NCBI GenBank assembly: GCA_951406725.2
Contig: OX597820.1
Coordinates: 12,090,001-12,154,000 of the forward strand
Source of the DNA: Octopus vulgaris
Taxonomy: Eukaryota
Length of the DNA stretch: 64,000 nt
Reading direction: 5' to 3'
The translations under genes were made by a program, and so were the position numbers. The notes beneath the pieces are model-generated. The model was given only the letters and a program-made list of their open reading frames with translations. It had not been told where the DNA came from and did no database searches. Shown here piece by piece: positions 1 to 14,339 of the stretch; position 1 is the first letter of the stretch, and each line of letters starts with the position of its first letter.

Positions 1-378
1 GAGCAGCCTGACAGGAAATGAATGAAAAATAAAGAAATGTTTGTGAGAAAGGAGAGATACAAAGAACATATACACACATAAAAGCATGCATACATAGACA
101 TATACTTGCGCTCACACACGCACTTGTGAATGCGTACTACGTGAACATATATGTGTGTATGTGTATGTGTATGTATATACACAATGCACACACACACACA
201 CACACACACACACAGGCACACAGACACACACATACACACACACACACCTATTCGTGCATCGTGTAAAGTCACATTTAACACGTTCGACCACGTTGAGTGA
301 CACCGCACGAATATGTTTTCTTCAACACTGCATTGTGCGACTTTATGTGTGTGTGTGTATGTGTGTGTGTATGTGTGT

Positions 379-416
<38 letters not shown>

Positions 417-719
417 ACAAACAGACTATACATGCGTATTATAAATATATATATATATATGTATATGTATATGTAGGGAGGGAGGGAGAGAGATAGAGAT
501 AGAGAGAACGAGAGAAAGACAAGGAGGAAGAATGAGGGACAGAGGGAGAAGTGATGTAAACCAGAAATATAAACAGGAAATGATGTATAGATGATAGAGC
601 GAGAGAGAGAGAGAGAGAGAGAGAAAGGGAGGAAGGGAGAAAGGGAGAGAGAGAAAGAATGATATATAAATCAAGAGAAAGTGAGAGTGAGAGAGAGAGA
701 GAGAGAGAGAAACAATTGC

Positions 720-750
<31 letters not shown>

Positions 751-889
751 CATATTGAATGATAATGTATGTGAGTGTGAAAATCGAAAAAGATAGACTA
801 TGTATGAAATAGAGAGGGGGAAGAAAAGGTTGAAATGAAAGAAAGAGAGAGAGAAACAGAAGGAGAGAAGGAGAGAGAGAGAGAGAAAG

Positions 890-1030
<141 letters not shown>

Positions 1031-1339
1031 GATTAGTAATAGGTAGGGAGATACGTTGGATATCAGAAATCTATTGATGAGAGGAGGGGGAAAGAAAAAG
1101 ATTTGAGGGTGAACTGGAGAGAAAGAGAAGAACGAAATGGTTTGTGTGGTTAGAGATGAAGAGGAGAATGTGTGCGGGAGTATGTGCGTGTGTGTGTGTG
1201 TGTGTGTGTGTGAATTTGTATGTTTATGTGAATGTGTATGTGTTTGTGAATGTGTATTGCGTGTATGTGTATCTGAGTGTGTATGTCTGTGAATGTGTAT
1301 GTGAGTGTCTATGCGTTCCCGAATGTGTATACGAGTGTA

Positions 1340-1370
<31 letters not shown>

Positions 1371-1629
1371 GTGAGTATGCATGCATGTGTGTATGTGTGT
1401 GTGTGAATGAGTACCGGTCCGTCCGCATGCGAGCGCGTTGTATGTGTATGTGCGCATGTGTGTGTATGTGCGCATGTGTGTATGTGATTGTGTATGTGAG
1501 AGTGCGTGTGTGTGTGTATGTGTGTGTGTTTGTGTTTGTGTGTCTGTATGAGTGAGTATAAGTGTGTATGCGAGACTGGATGACAGAAAGTCTTAGACTG
1601 AGTACATGCGCGGCGCGGCTAGAACATAG

Positions 1630-2265
1630 AAAGAGAGAGGGAGGAGGAGAGATGAGAAAGATAATGAGAAAGAGTGAGAGGGAGAGAGAGAGAGAGAGAG
1701 GCAGAGGGAGGGTGAAAGGGAGAGGGAGAGAGAGAGAGGCAGAGGGAGGGTGAAAGGGAGAGGGGGGTGCGAGAGGGAGAGAGTGTGTAAGAAAGAGAGA
1801 GACAGAGAGATAAAAGAGAGAAGGAAACAGAGTGAGAGAGAGAATGTGAGAGAAAGAGAGTAGGAAGGAGGGAGAGAGAGGAGAGTGAGTGGTGTGTGTG
1901 TAAGAAAGCGAGAGAAGGAAACAGAGTGAGAGAGAGAATGTAAGAGGAAAAAGAGAGTAGAGGGGAAGGAGAGAGAGGTGAAAGAGAGAAAACGACAAAG
2001 AGAAAAGAAGTGTGTGTAAGAAAGAGAGAGAGAGAAAGAGAGAGAGAGAAAGAGAGAGAATGAAACTAAGAGAGAAAGGGAGAATGAGCGAATGAGAAAG
2101 AGTGAAACTAAGGTAGAGAGAGAGAGTGAGACAAGGAAGGGGAGGGAGAGGGAGAGATTGAAAGAGAGAATGAGAGAGAATGAGAGAGAAAGGGAGAGAG
2201 TGAGGAAGTGTGAGAGACAGAAATGGGGAGAGACTGAAACAGAGAGAGAGAGAGAGAGAGAGGAT
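1630..2265. repeat. Degenerate (GA)n purine-rich low-complexity tract
   Basis: Mostly G/A on + strand; explains the spurious 386-aa L/S-rich ORF. Confidence 0.9.
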
Positions 2266-2615
2266 GATTAGTGAGCAGAATAACTGAAGTTTAAGAAAAA
2301 GCGAAAGATGAGTAAATAAAATTAATGACAAAAAAGAAGTTGATAAAAATCCTCGACGAAGATGAGAGACTGTGTTTCTAATTTCTCTTTGTGCTTTTTT
2401 TTTTTTTATATATTTCTTCCAATAGTCAGGCGTTGGTGTTTTTTGCTTAGTTTCGTATTTCGTGAACACGCGGTAAAAATAAATCTTTCTTATGCTTCTT
2501 CAGTCAGAAATATATAACATTAAGAAAAGTAGAAATAAATAGGCTCTTACGCATATACACGTATGCGCGTATGCACGCACACACACACATACATACACGC
2601 ACTCACGCGTACACA

Positions 2616-2651
<36 letters not shown>

Positions 2652-2991
2652 CGAACACATACTCTCTCTCTCTCTCGCATACATGCACAGATGCATACAC
2701 GCACAGATGCATACACGCACATACACACACATAAGCACTCTTGCTGTGAACGAGCAAATATTACATACAATTCTGCTGAGAATCGAGAGAGCCTCGATAT
2801 GATCACTCGATGTGCTAGAAATAGCAGCTAAACATCTATTGAATTACGTGTTACCGTCCTAGAAAAGGACACGGCAGATAATGTCCTGGGTTCGCCGGAG
2901 AGAGAGGGAAAGAGAGAGAATGGGAGTAAGAGAGAGAGAGAGAGAGAGAAAGTGAGTGAGAGAGAGAGCGAGAGAGAGAGAAAGTGAGTGA

Positions 2992-3075
<84 letters not shown>

Positions 3076-3282
3076 ATGATGGTCATAGCTGGAAGGCCTT
3101 TAATTATTGACCGGCTTCGAATCGTCACCAGCAACAACTCCAGTCACTTTATGGTTACTAGATTTATTAGAAATAGCAGCTAAATACTCATTAAATCATA
3201 CAATACTGTATAAGAAAAGGACGTGTTACACAATGCGGTCCCCGATCTCCTGAAACATAGAAAAAAAGAAGGATGATAGTCA

Positions 3283-3815
3283 CGGGTGGAATGATTTTGA
3301 TCATAGGTCGGCCTGTCCAGCACTGACCTAGGGCTAAACAACAACAACAGCGTTTAAGCTATCGCTTACATACATTTTAATCTCGTTCCCCAAACACCTT
3401 CGTATCTCACGCAAGCACATCATGTGTTTTTTTTTTTTTAATTAAATATTTTAAAAGTTTCTTTCTCAAATAAAACATGCAGTTAGAAAAATACATACAA
3501 ACGGGGAAAAAATAATAACATAAGTTAGAATTTAAAAAAAAATTAATGTTCCCGGGTGGAAATATTTTGATCATAGTTCGGCCTGTCCAGCACTGACCTA
3601 GGGCTAAACAACAACAAAGCGTTTAAGCTATCGCTTACATACGTTTTAATCTCGTTCCCCAACACCTTCGTATATGTTTTTTTTTTTTAAATTAAATATT
3701 TTAAAAGTTTCTTTCTCAAATAAAACATGCAGTTAGAAAAATACATACAAACGGGGAAAAAAATTATAACATAAGTTAGAATTTAAAAAAAAAAGTTGTA
3801 TTCTTAATGTTTCCC
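3283..3815. repeat. Tandem duplication, ~265-bp unit
   Basis: cgggtggaa...gacctagggctaaacaacaac...gttagaatttaaaaaa occurs at 3283-3552 and again at 3553-3815. Confidence 0.9.
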
Positions 3816-4029
3816 AGCGTCAAGCGTTTCTCCTGTCGTCTGCAAAGATTTGAATAAAGCAGACGACAGAAATTTCTAAAACTTGTTGACAACGAATTCG
3901 CTGTGTTTCTTCTCAGATTTTCTTCCTCGAAATAATGTCTGTTTGAAAATATTATTCGGCAAGTTGTTTTTACATTATATATTAGTGATATTGTTGTGTT
4001 TTTTGATGACTTATTATTCAATTTAAGAT

Positions 4030-4163
4030 GATATTATAACATATATATACACACATATAAATGCACACAACGTATGTATGGTGTGTATGTGTATACTGTT
4101 GATAATAATAATGATTATATAAATATGTATATATGTATGTATATATGTATGTATATATATATT

Positions 4164-4207
<44 letters not shown>

Positions 4208-4208
4208 G

Positions 4209-4249
<41 letters not shown>

Positions 4250-4254
4250 TGTAC

Positions 4255-4337
<83 letters not shown>

Positions 4338-4465
4338 CATGTATATATAATCATTATTATTGTTAATATTATATATATACACACACATATAAATGCACAC
4401 ATATATATGTAGAGTGTGTATGTATATAATATTAATAATAATGATGATTATATAAATATGTATGC

Positions 4466-4504
<39 letters not shown>

Positions 4505-4527
4505 TATATACCATAAGTTATGATAGG

Positions 4528-4595
<68 letters not shown>

Positions 4596-4617
4596 TATGT
4601 ATATACATACATGTACA

Positions 4618-4682
<65 letters not shown>

Positions 4683-4705
4683 GTATCTATCTATCTATCT
4701 ATCTA

Positions 4706-4749
<44 letters not shown>

Positions 4750-4790
4750 TAGATAGATAGATACATACATACATGTATGTTTGCATATAA
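4030..4790. repeat. Compound (TA)n/(TATC)n microsatellite
   Basis: Direct reading. Confidence 0.95.
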
Positions 4791-4959
4791 TGCTATATGC
4801 CTATACATATACATGCAGACACACACAAACATATACATACAAACACACACGCACACACGTCTGTATATATACATTCGCATTCTCTCTTCCTCTGTTTCTC
4901 TCTCTCTCTCTGTATATGTATATATACATGTATATATAGCTTTCGCATGAATACATATA

Positions 4960-5683
4960 TATTCTTACTCTTTTACACTTTTACTTGTTTCAGTCATTTG
5001 ACTGAGGCCATGCTGGAGCACCGCCTTTATATACACACACATACATATATATATACATATATACGAAGGGCTTCTTTCAGTTTCCGTCTACCAAATCCAC
5101 TCACAAGGCTTTGGTCGGCCTGAGGCCATAGTTGAGGAAACTTGCCCAAGGGGCCACGCAATGGGGTTGAACCCGGAACCATGTGGTTCGTAAGCAAGCT
5201 ACTTACCACACAGCCACTCCTACGCCTATATGTCTATACTTACATACATGCATACTTACACACATACATATATATATATATTACTCTCTATTACTCTTTT
5301 ACTTCTTTCAGTCATTTGACTGTGGCCATGCTGGAGCACCGCCTTTAGTCGAGCAAATAGGCCCCAGGACTTATTATTTGTAAGCCTAGTACTTATTCTA
5401 TCAGTCTCTTTGCCGAACCGCTAAGATACGGGGACGTAAACACACCAGCATCTGTTGTCAAGAGATGTTGGGGATGGGGGGACAAACACAGACATGCAAA
5501 CATATACACAAACATACATATGCACATATACACATATATACGACGGGCTTCTTTCAGTTTCCGTCTACCAAATCCTCTCACAAGACTTTGGTCGACCCGA
5601 GGCTATAGTAAAAGACACTTGACAAGGTGCCACGCAGTGGGACTGAACCCAGAACCATGTTGTTCGTAAGCAAGCCATTCCTA

Positions 5684-5751
<68 letters not shown>

Positions 5752-5752
5752 C

Positions 5753-5839
<87 letters not shown>

Positions 5840-6570
5840 CATGCATACATATTCTTTTATTTCTTTTACTTTCTTTTACTTGTTTCAGTCATTTGACTGC
5901 GGCCATGCTGGAGCCCTGCCTTTAATCGAGCAAATCGACCCCAGGACTTATTCTTTGTAAGCCTAGTACTCATTCTATCGGTCTCTTTTGCCGAACCGCT
6001 AAGTAACGGGGACATAAACACACCAGCATCGGCTGTCAAGCAATGCTAGGAGAACAAACACAGACACAAGGCTTTGGTCGGCCCGAGGCTATAGTAGAAG
6101 ACACTTGCCCAAGGTGCCACGCAGTGAGACTGAACCCGGAAACATGTGGTTGGTAAACAAGCTACCTACCACACAGCCATACATATAAACATTCGTCCGG
6201 GCATAAATATATATATGTATGTATATATATTAGCAAAATAACTCGACATAGAATAAAAGTTTTACCATTTATTCTATCGCTATCTTTTGCTGAACCACTA
6301 AGTCGTACAGACGTAACCAAAAAGACACCAGTTGTCAAGTGGTGGGAGACAAAATTTACATATATAGATATATATAAACTCATAAGTATATATATATACA
6401 TGTGTTTGTGTGTGTGTGTGTTTCACTGGTTTCCACACAGTTTCATCTCTACCAAATTCATTAACAAGGCTTTGGTTGGGTCCAGGCTATAGTAGAAGAC
6501 ACTTGTCGAAGGTACAGTGCGGTGGGACTGAACCTGAAACCACGTGGTTGCAAAGTGGGCTTCTCGCATC
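4960..6570 (-). mobile_element. Four head-to-tail copies of tRNA-derived SINE family A (octopus-type, CORE-like body)
   Basis: Each matches the reverse complement of the full copy at 43838-44280, with internal deletions or truncation; copies are separated by microsatellites. Confidence 0.85.
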
Positions 6571-6664
6571 TAAGTATTCCTTTAGTATTTTTTTGCTGCT
6601 CTGTCCCACTTTTTCTCACACATCTATATCGCACATTCGTTCTTATATGTAAATATATGTATTG

Positions 6665-7010
6665 TGTATGTATGTATGTATGTATGTATGTATGTATGTA
6701 TGCATGTATGTATGTATGTATGTATGTATGTATGTATGTATGTATGTATGTATGTATGTATGTGTGTATGTATGCATGTGTGTATGTATGTATGTATGTA
6801 TGTATGTATGTATGCATGTATGTATGTATGTATGTATGCATGTATGTATGCATGTACGTATGTATGTATGTATGTATGTATGTATGTATGTATGCATGTA
6901 TGTATGTATGTATGTATGTATGTATGTATGCATGTATGTATGTATGTATGTATGTATGTATGTATGCATGTATGCATGTATGTATGTATGCATGTATGTA
7001 TGTATGTGTA
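6665..7010. repeat. (TATG)n microsatellite
   Basis: Direct reading. Confidence 0.95.
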
Positions 7011-7120
7011 TAGAGCCATATGGGTGTGGGTGTGTATCTATGTATATAGATATATATGAATATGTGTTTGTATATGTGTCTCCCCCTTTTTCTTTCTGTC
7101 TCTCTTTATATATGCATGCT

Positions 7121-7168
<48 letters not shown>

Positions 7169-7174
7169 CATACA

Positions 7175-7210
<36 letters not shown>

Positions 7211-7231
7211 TAATTTAAAAGTATACATACT

Positions 7232-7267
<36 letters not shown>

Positions 7268-7957
7268 AGCATGCATACCTTTAAATTATCTTTCTAATTT
7301 CGATTTTTTGTTATATTTTTTCCATTTGCAGATTTTTATTCAAAATATAATAAACTTGGATAGAAACTTAGAAACGAGAAAGAAGAAAATATATTAGCAA
7401 AAAAAGATAAAAAAAGACAATTAGAAAAAATGGCGCCGACAAAATTCCTGTCGTCTGCTTCATTCAAATCTTCCATGCGACAAATTATTGTAAATATTCA
7501 TGGCAGGGGTAAAGCTTTCACTAAATTGTTTTCGCCTTTTCTTTTCCAATATACCATTACCCCCTGCTGGATGGATTTGGTGAGTTACATTTAGTTTTGT
7601 AAACTTTGTTTCAGTTTTTGCTTTTTTTTTTTTTTTTTTTTGCTGCCTAATTTTCGCTCTTTTCCTTTTAGATGTGACGTGGGTATGTATATGCATGCGT
7701 GTGTGTGTGCGTGTGTGCATGTGTGCGTGTGTGTATGTGTGCGTGTGTGCATATGTGCGTGTGCGTTTGTATACTTAAATATATACTCACACACATATAT
7801 ACACACATTTATAAATATACACATGCTTCGATTTCAATATAATCTGTTTGTTCTGCTACCGCTCTCTCTCTCTTTCTGTATATATATATATATATATATA
7901 TTGCATATATTGCATATATTCATATGTATATGCGTGTGTCTATATATATATATACAT

Positions 7958-8122
7958 ACTCTTTTACTCTTTCACTTGTTTCAGTCATTTGACTGCGGCC
8001 ATGCTGGAGCACCGCCTTTAGTCGATCAAATCGACCCCGGGACTTATTCTTTGTAAGCCCAGTACTTATTCTATCGGTCTCTTTTGCCGAACCGCTAAGT
8101 GGCGGGGACGTAAACACACCAG
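7958..8122 (-). mobile_element. SINE family A, 3' half
   Basis: cttgtttcagtcatttgactgcggccatgctggagcaccgcc...ggggacgtaaacacacc. Confidence 0.85.
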
Positions 8123-8879
8123 TTATAATATATATATATATATCTATATATATATATATATATAAACATACACACATATACACGCACACATATATACACA
8201 CCCTGTCCCCTTCTCTGTGTCAGTGTATTTCTTTCTATCTCTCCCTCTTCCTCTTGCTTTATCTCTTTCTCTCACTCTATGTGTGTGTGTGTCAGTCTCT
8301 CCCCCTCTCTCTCTCCCTTTCCCCTCCCTCTCCAAAATAAAAAGAAGAGAACACGGCATTGATTTTTATTCAAAATGAGGCGGCTTTGATTTGAATTATT
8401 ACAAGCCGCCTCTTATATTTTCGCTTCTCCTAGAAGCAGCAGATCGATAAAACGAATACCAGTAATATTCTATAACCGATTTACTACAACACAGTCATAT
8501 TATAATGACTATTAGTTTAGCTTAAGAACAAAACAGGTTTTCTCTTATACGTCTTAACTGTCGCTCCATCTCTCCAAAATATGTGTTTGCATGTCCTGTG
8601 TCTCACAATGTCACGGTCTATATATCTACTTTCCGTACTCTGCACTGTTTAATTCGTCCATCATTTGCTCTTTCTCGTTCTGTTCCTGTATATGTCCGTT
8701 CCTCATCACTTCATTTCTCTCTCACTCCCTCTCTTTGTTTCTCTCTGACTCTCCTCACTCCCTCTCTCACTCTCTTCCCCATTCATTCCGTCTCTATTTC
8801 TCCAACTGATTTCTCAATGTATTTATATTTTCCTGTTTGTGACTGTTCATCCAACCATCCATCTATCAATCTATCTATA

Positions 8880-8963
<84 letters not shown>

Positions 8964-8994
8964 CATCCATCCATCCATCCATCCATCTCTCTTC

Positions 8995-9059
<65 letters not shown>

Positions 9060-9115
9060 CACCCTCTCTCTATCCATCTCCCTCTCTCTCTCTCTGTCGC
9101 TTCTCTGTCTCCCCT

Positions 9116-9485
9116 ACATTCTCTCTTCTCTTCCTCTTCTTTCTCCTGTTTCCCTTCATTTTCTTTCCTTCTTCCTCTCTTTGTCTCCAGTGTCTTATTC
9201 TGTATCCCTATATCACTGTCTATCTATTTGCCTTCGCATGTCTACATTTCATTATACCACCTATCTATTATTTCTATCTATGTATCTAAACTCCCCGTTG
9301 AATCGTTCTCTATATATACATTCTCTCTTCTCTTCCTCTTCTTTCTCCTGTTTCCTTCATTTTCTTTCCTTCTTCCTCTCTTTGTCTCCAGTGTCTTATT
9401 CTGTATCCCTATATCACTGTCTATCTATTTGCCTTCGCATGTCTACATTTCATTATACCACTTTATTTTTTGTTCAAACTCCCCG

Positions 9486-9491
<6 letters not shown>
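9116..9491. repeat. Tandem duplication, ~200-bp pyrimidine-rich unit
   Basis: acattctctcttctcttcc...cattataccac and aaactccccgttgaat each occur twice. Confidence 0.9.
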
Positions 9492-9522
<31 letters not shown>

Positions 9523-9810
9523 ATAACAAACAATCTATAAATAGACAAGTCATATAAATAAATTAAAAATACAAACAAGGATATACATCTTCGATGTAAG
9601 ATTAGCTACTGTGTGTCTGTTTTATCCAAATATTGCAGACGATAGAAATCACGAACAATTCCTGGTAGAGATAAACCATTCTATAAACAGTTTATCTTTT
9701 TTTCCTATTGTGTATATTATAATATCTATTTCGTTGGGTATTTGTATTGTATATTTGCTACGCTGCTTTTCAACGGAGTCCTCTCTCTCTCTCTCTTTTT
9801 TTCCTTTCTC

Positions 9811-9861
<51 letters not shown>

Positions 9862-9914
9862 CTCCGCCTCTCTCATTTACTCACATGCACGCACGTATAT
9901 GGATCTCCGTCCGT

Positions 9915-10245
9915 TTCGACGATGAGTATCCAGTTGCTGGGTGAACTGAATAATCTACTAGCAGAATTTGAGTCGTTGAGTAGGCATGTGTGTCTTTAAT
10001 GTAGTCTTTTGGTATTAGAATCTGTACGACACAGTGCGACAAGACTGTAATTTTGAATTACTGGTACAATCCATTCGTCAGGCTTCCGCACAGTTTCTTT
10101 CTATCCGATTTCACCCAGAAGTCTTGAGTAGATTCGAAGGTGTGATAAAAGACATTTGTCCAAAATGCTTCACAGTGGGATCGAAGCTGGGACCTGGCGA
10201 TCACAAAGCGAACTTTTTAGTTCTTAGACATTCGGCCACGCTATG
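9915..10245 (-). mobile_element. Old chimeric SINE (family A-like head, family C-like tail)
   Basis: Degenerate match to the C tail (cgacgatgag...gtgcgacaagac...gaattactggtacaa) and to the A head (gacatttgtccaaaatgcttcacagtgggatcgaa). Confidence 0.5.
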
Positions 10246-10265
10246 TTGATTAGTCACACACACAC

Positions 10266-10329
<64 letters not shown>

Positions 10330-12000
10330 GTAAAAATGTGAGTGGTCAATCGCAAAATGAAACTTAAGTTGCAAATCAATTTTGTCTTTAACTTAAGAAA
10401 TAAATATATTATATTTTACTATGTTATTAACAGGTACTGAATTCTTTGTTTAATTTTGTGTGTTGTCTATCGCTTGAAAAAAAAATACATACAACAGACC
10501 AAAACAGCAACTCACGTATATATACATACAAAATGCAGCAAAAGGCAACACGATTAAATAATTTCCAATAACATATCTGCTTTAACGAATTTCAATATTA
10601 TTTTAAGTTTCTCACATAAATAATACATCGACAAATATATTTATTTTCTAATAAAAACATACATTTTGTATAAGATTGTGTCTAGGAAAACAAAAATGAA
10701 AAAAAGAAAAAATTCTCGTGAACGCGAGATTTTGTATTATTTGCTTCATTGAAATATTGCAGACGACAGAAAAATGTAAAACTTCATATGAAAGATAAAA
10801 CTTTCGGTAAGCACATTATACCGTTTCATATCGAATATTTTAAGTAGAATAGTATATTTGGTGAATATTATCCTTTATTCGGACACATGGTTACTTATTT
10901 TTGTTTCTTTTAATATGTAAGCCTCTTATGTATGTATGTATGTATGTATGTATGTATGTATGTATGTATGTATGTATGTATGTATGTATGTATGTATGTA
11001 TGTATGCGTGTATGTATGTCATTGTTCTGATGCATGTGTGTGTGTAAGTGTGTGTGCATGTATGTATGTATTTATGTATGTATGTGTGTGTGTGTATGTC
11101 AATTTTCAAATGCATGTGTATGCATGTGTGTGTGTATGTATGTGTGTGTGTGTGTATGTGTGTGTGTGTATGTATGTCATTGCTCAGATGCATATGTGTG
11201 TGTATACATGCATGTGTGTGTGTGTGTTTGCTTTTACTTACGAAAATCTCTATGTTAGCTTCTCAACGTATTCAAGATTGTTGATCGGGTTTTCTCCTAT
11301 AAAAATATCGATTTGAAAGGAAAGAAATAATAAATCAAAAGAAATACAAAACGAAAACGTTTCTATTGATTTATCGAAACATTACTTTTACTTTTTCAAC
11401 TTTTATCAATCGCTTCTCTCCCTACTTAGATGCATCATGGTTTTGATTTGAAAATCCTGCTATGGTTTCGATAAAAGAATACATGTAATATGTTAAAATC
11501 GATTTACTCGACTATTCTATTGTTCATGTCGAAAAATGGCCTTAGACTCTGGAAAGAAACGTTAATTTCTCTCTCTCTCTCATTCTGTTTGTCTGTCTGA
11601 TAGTCTTTATATCTGTCTTTCTGCGGATGCTCTTTTCCGTAATCTTTTAATCGAAGTCTGTCTATATTTCTTTGTTCCTTCAGTGTATCAATACATAAAT
11701 CATTCATTATAATATAGCCTTTCTCTTTCCATGATATTTGGCCTCTTTCCTTATATGTCACACATCTCTTTCTCTTTCTTTTTACGCGTACGCACATATA
11801 CAAACACTCGCACATATACACACACTACAACACAGAGAGAGACATGCGCACACGCGCACACATACTCCCCCTCAGTCGTTTTCTCTACCTCTCTGTGTAT
11901 CGGTATGCTTATGTTATGCGTGTGCGTATGTGTGTGTATAATTATGCATACATACATATACAAGCAGCTTTATATTCATATATATACAAAAACATATACA

Positions 12001-12081
<81 letters not shown>

Positions 12082-12684
12082 CTCTATCTATCTATCTATC
12101 TATCTAAGTACATACTTATACAGATAATTGTGTGAGTTTAGTTTGTTTTTGCTATTTCCCTATGTCTGCACATTGAGTTTTCTATCTATCTATTTCTAAA
12201 TCTCTGCGCTTATTTGTATCTATACTTTTCCGTTCCTCCTTCTCTCTTTCTTATATTCGGTTCTGTGTTTCTACCACCAGTTTCTCTTTCTCTCCTTTTC
12301 ATTTCCTTTCCATTATTTATTCCATCTTGCACACAAGTTTTCTTTTTCTCCGCTTCTTTATTCATTCTATCTATTTCTCTTCCTCTATATCTTTCCTCTC
12401 ATTCACTCTGCCATTTTCCTAACTACCGCCCACACTCTACAATGCTTTCGTTTATAATTTGTTCCTTTCCCCTTTCTCTCCTAATTTCAATCTTTTTTTC
12501 TTCTAACTCTCTACTCTTTCGAACTATCTACTTTGTTTCTTTGCCCATTGTTACCCACACGCTCTTTGTCTCTTTTTCCCTCTTCCCCCACTCAGTTTCG
12601 TCTTTTCCAGCCATTCCTTTTGATACACACACCTCTGTTTACATACCTCCGTGTTTGTTTTCCCTTTAATCTATATCATTTAAT

Positions 12685-12946
12685 CAATGATTCTCAGCCG
12701 GGGTCCATATAACTCTGGGTGGAGTGGGTTCGGTGACCACATAAGATTTTGTTGTTAAAGTTTACGTACATAAATTGGTTATATTTCAACTATACACAAA
12801 ACACTTTAACGATTTAAAAAAATTCAATTTCTAAAAATATTTAATTACAAAAATATAATAGGATCGTTTGGGTCTCCAGTAGAATAATACAAGAATCGAA
12901 GGGGTCCATTGGGAAAAAAAAAAAAAAAAATGGTTGAGAACCACAG
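12685..12946. mobile_element. hAT (Charlie/MER5-like) MITE
   Basis: Terminal inverted repeats caatgattctcagcc / ggttgagaaccacag resemble CAGTGGTTCTCAACC; internal ggggtccat motifs near both ends. Confidence 0.65.
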
Positions 12947-14339
12947 TTCTATATTATCTCGGATGATACCCTTTCTTTCTCAACCACCACATTTTCTTTT
13001 GCATTGGTTTAGCATTCTCTGTTCCACTACAGCGTCATTCGGCTTCGCTCTTGTAAATTCATTTGTTGCTGTTGTCTCTCTCTTGACTAAATCTCCCTAC
13101 CTCTCTCTCTCTCTCTCTCTCTCTCCCCCTATTTTCTCTCTTTTTCTAATTTTAAGTGAGTGTACTATATTCTATTTCGTCTCTTTGTGTGCTCTTTCTA
13201 ATGTTTCTTTTCCAGTTCTTTTCCTATACATTTTTCTAATTCCGTCAGACCTCATCACCTATCCCACATGCTGGCGATTTGATATTTCTCCTGGAATCTT
13301 TCTGAGTATTTGTATTTATCTTTTAAACCTGTATACCTCCACCTCTTCTCCTTTTCATGATTACATACTGTCACCTTGAATGTCTCTCTACACTAGAAAT
13401 TTGTTGTTTTTGTAGTTATTTTCAATCACACTTAACACTTATCACAAATGAAACCCAGATTTCCGTCACCAGTCATTTTCTTTTTTCCATTTTACTCCAG
13501 CATATCAATAAAGGCACAAATTAAAAAACAAAGCAAAGCAGTATACTAATATCAATAGCGAACAAGAGAGGAAGTCAACGAGTGATTAACCGTATCGAAA
13601 GATACATTTAAGTCCTGCTAAATCATTACGCCTATAGCAACTTTTTCTCTACATTAACACCACTCGAATATTCCCGCCAACAACGTTAACGCTAACGCCA
13701 CGAACACCACCATCATCGTAACTTACGCATCTGCCTTTGTTGTTATTACCATCATTATCATGAGCATCGTTATCAATACATTATCGCCACTGTTGTTATA
13801 TTCACCATTGTCATCCTCTTTATCATTACCATTGTCTTAATTATTAGTTTTATATTCATCGCCAGTGTTATTACTGTCGTAGCCGTCATAATTATCCCTA
13901 TGTTTATCATAATATACTCACTATCAATTCTTTTTTTCTTATGATAATGGTTTAGTTTCGCTGCAACTATTCTATCCTGTTTTCCGTCGCGGCGATGGAT
14001 AAGGAGATTGTGTTGATACTGGTGGTACTGATTACAACGACGATGATGACAGTGATGTTTTTACTCTGCGTAGCAGTAGTACCAGGAACAACTAAAAAAA
14101 AAAAAAGCGAAGAAAAAGGGGGAAACACGAACAGTAAATTCCAATGTTGAGCACAACGGTTGCTACTATAACACTAGATATCAACATTTTCGTAACGAAT
14201 CTGCTGTGCCGTTATTCTGATCATAAATATAATCCCAGTCTGTAGTGCAGTTTTAGTTACTAATCGCCGTCGTTAATTGCTTAATTAATCCTACACCCTA
14301 CTTCACCCTACCATCCAACTACTGCTACTTTCTAACATA

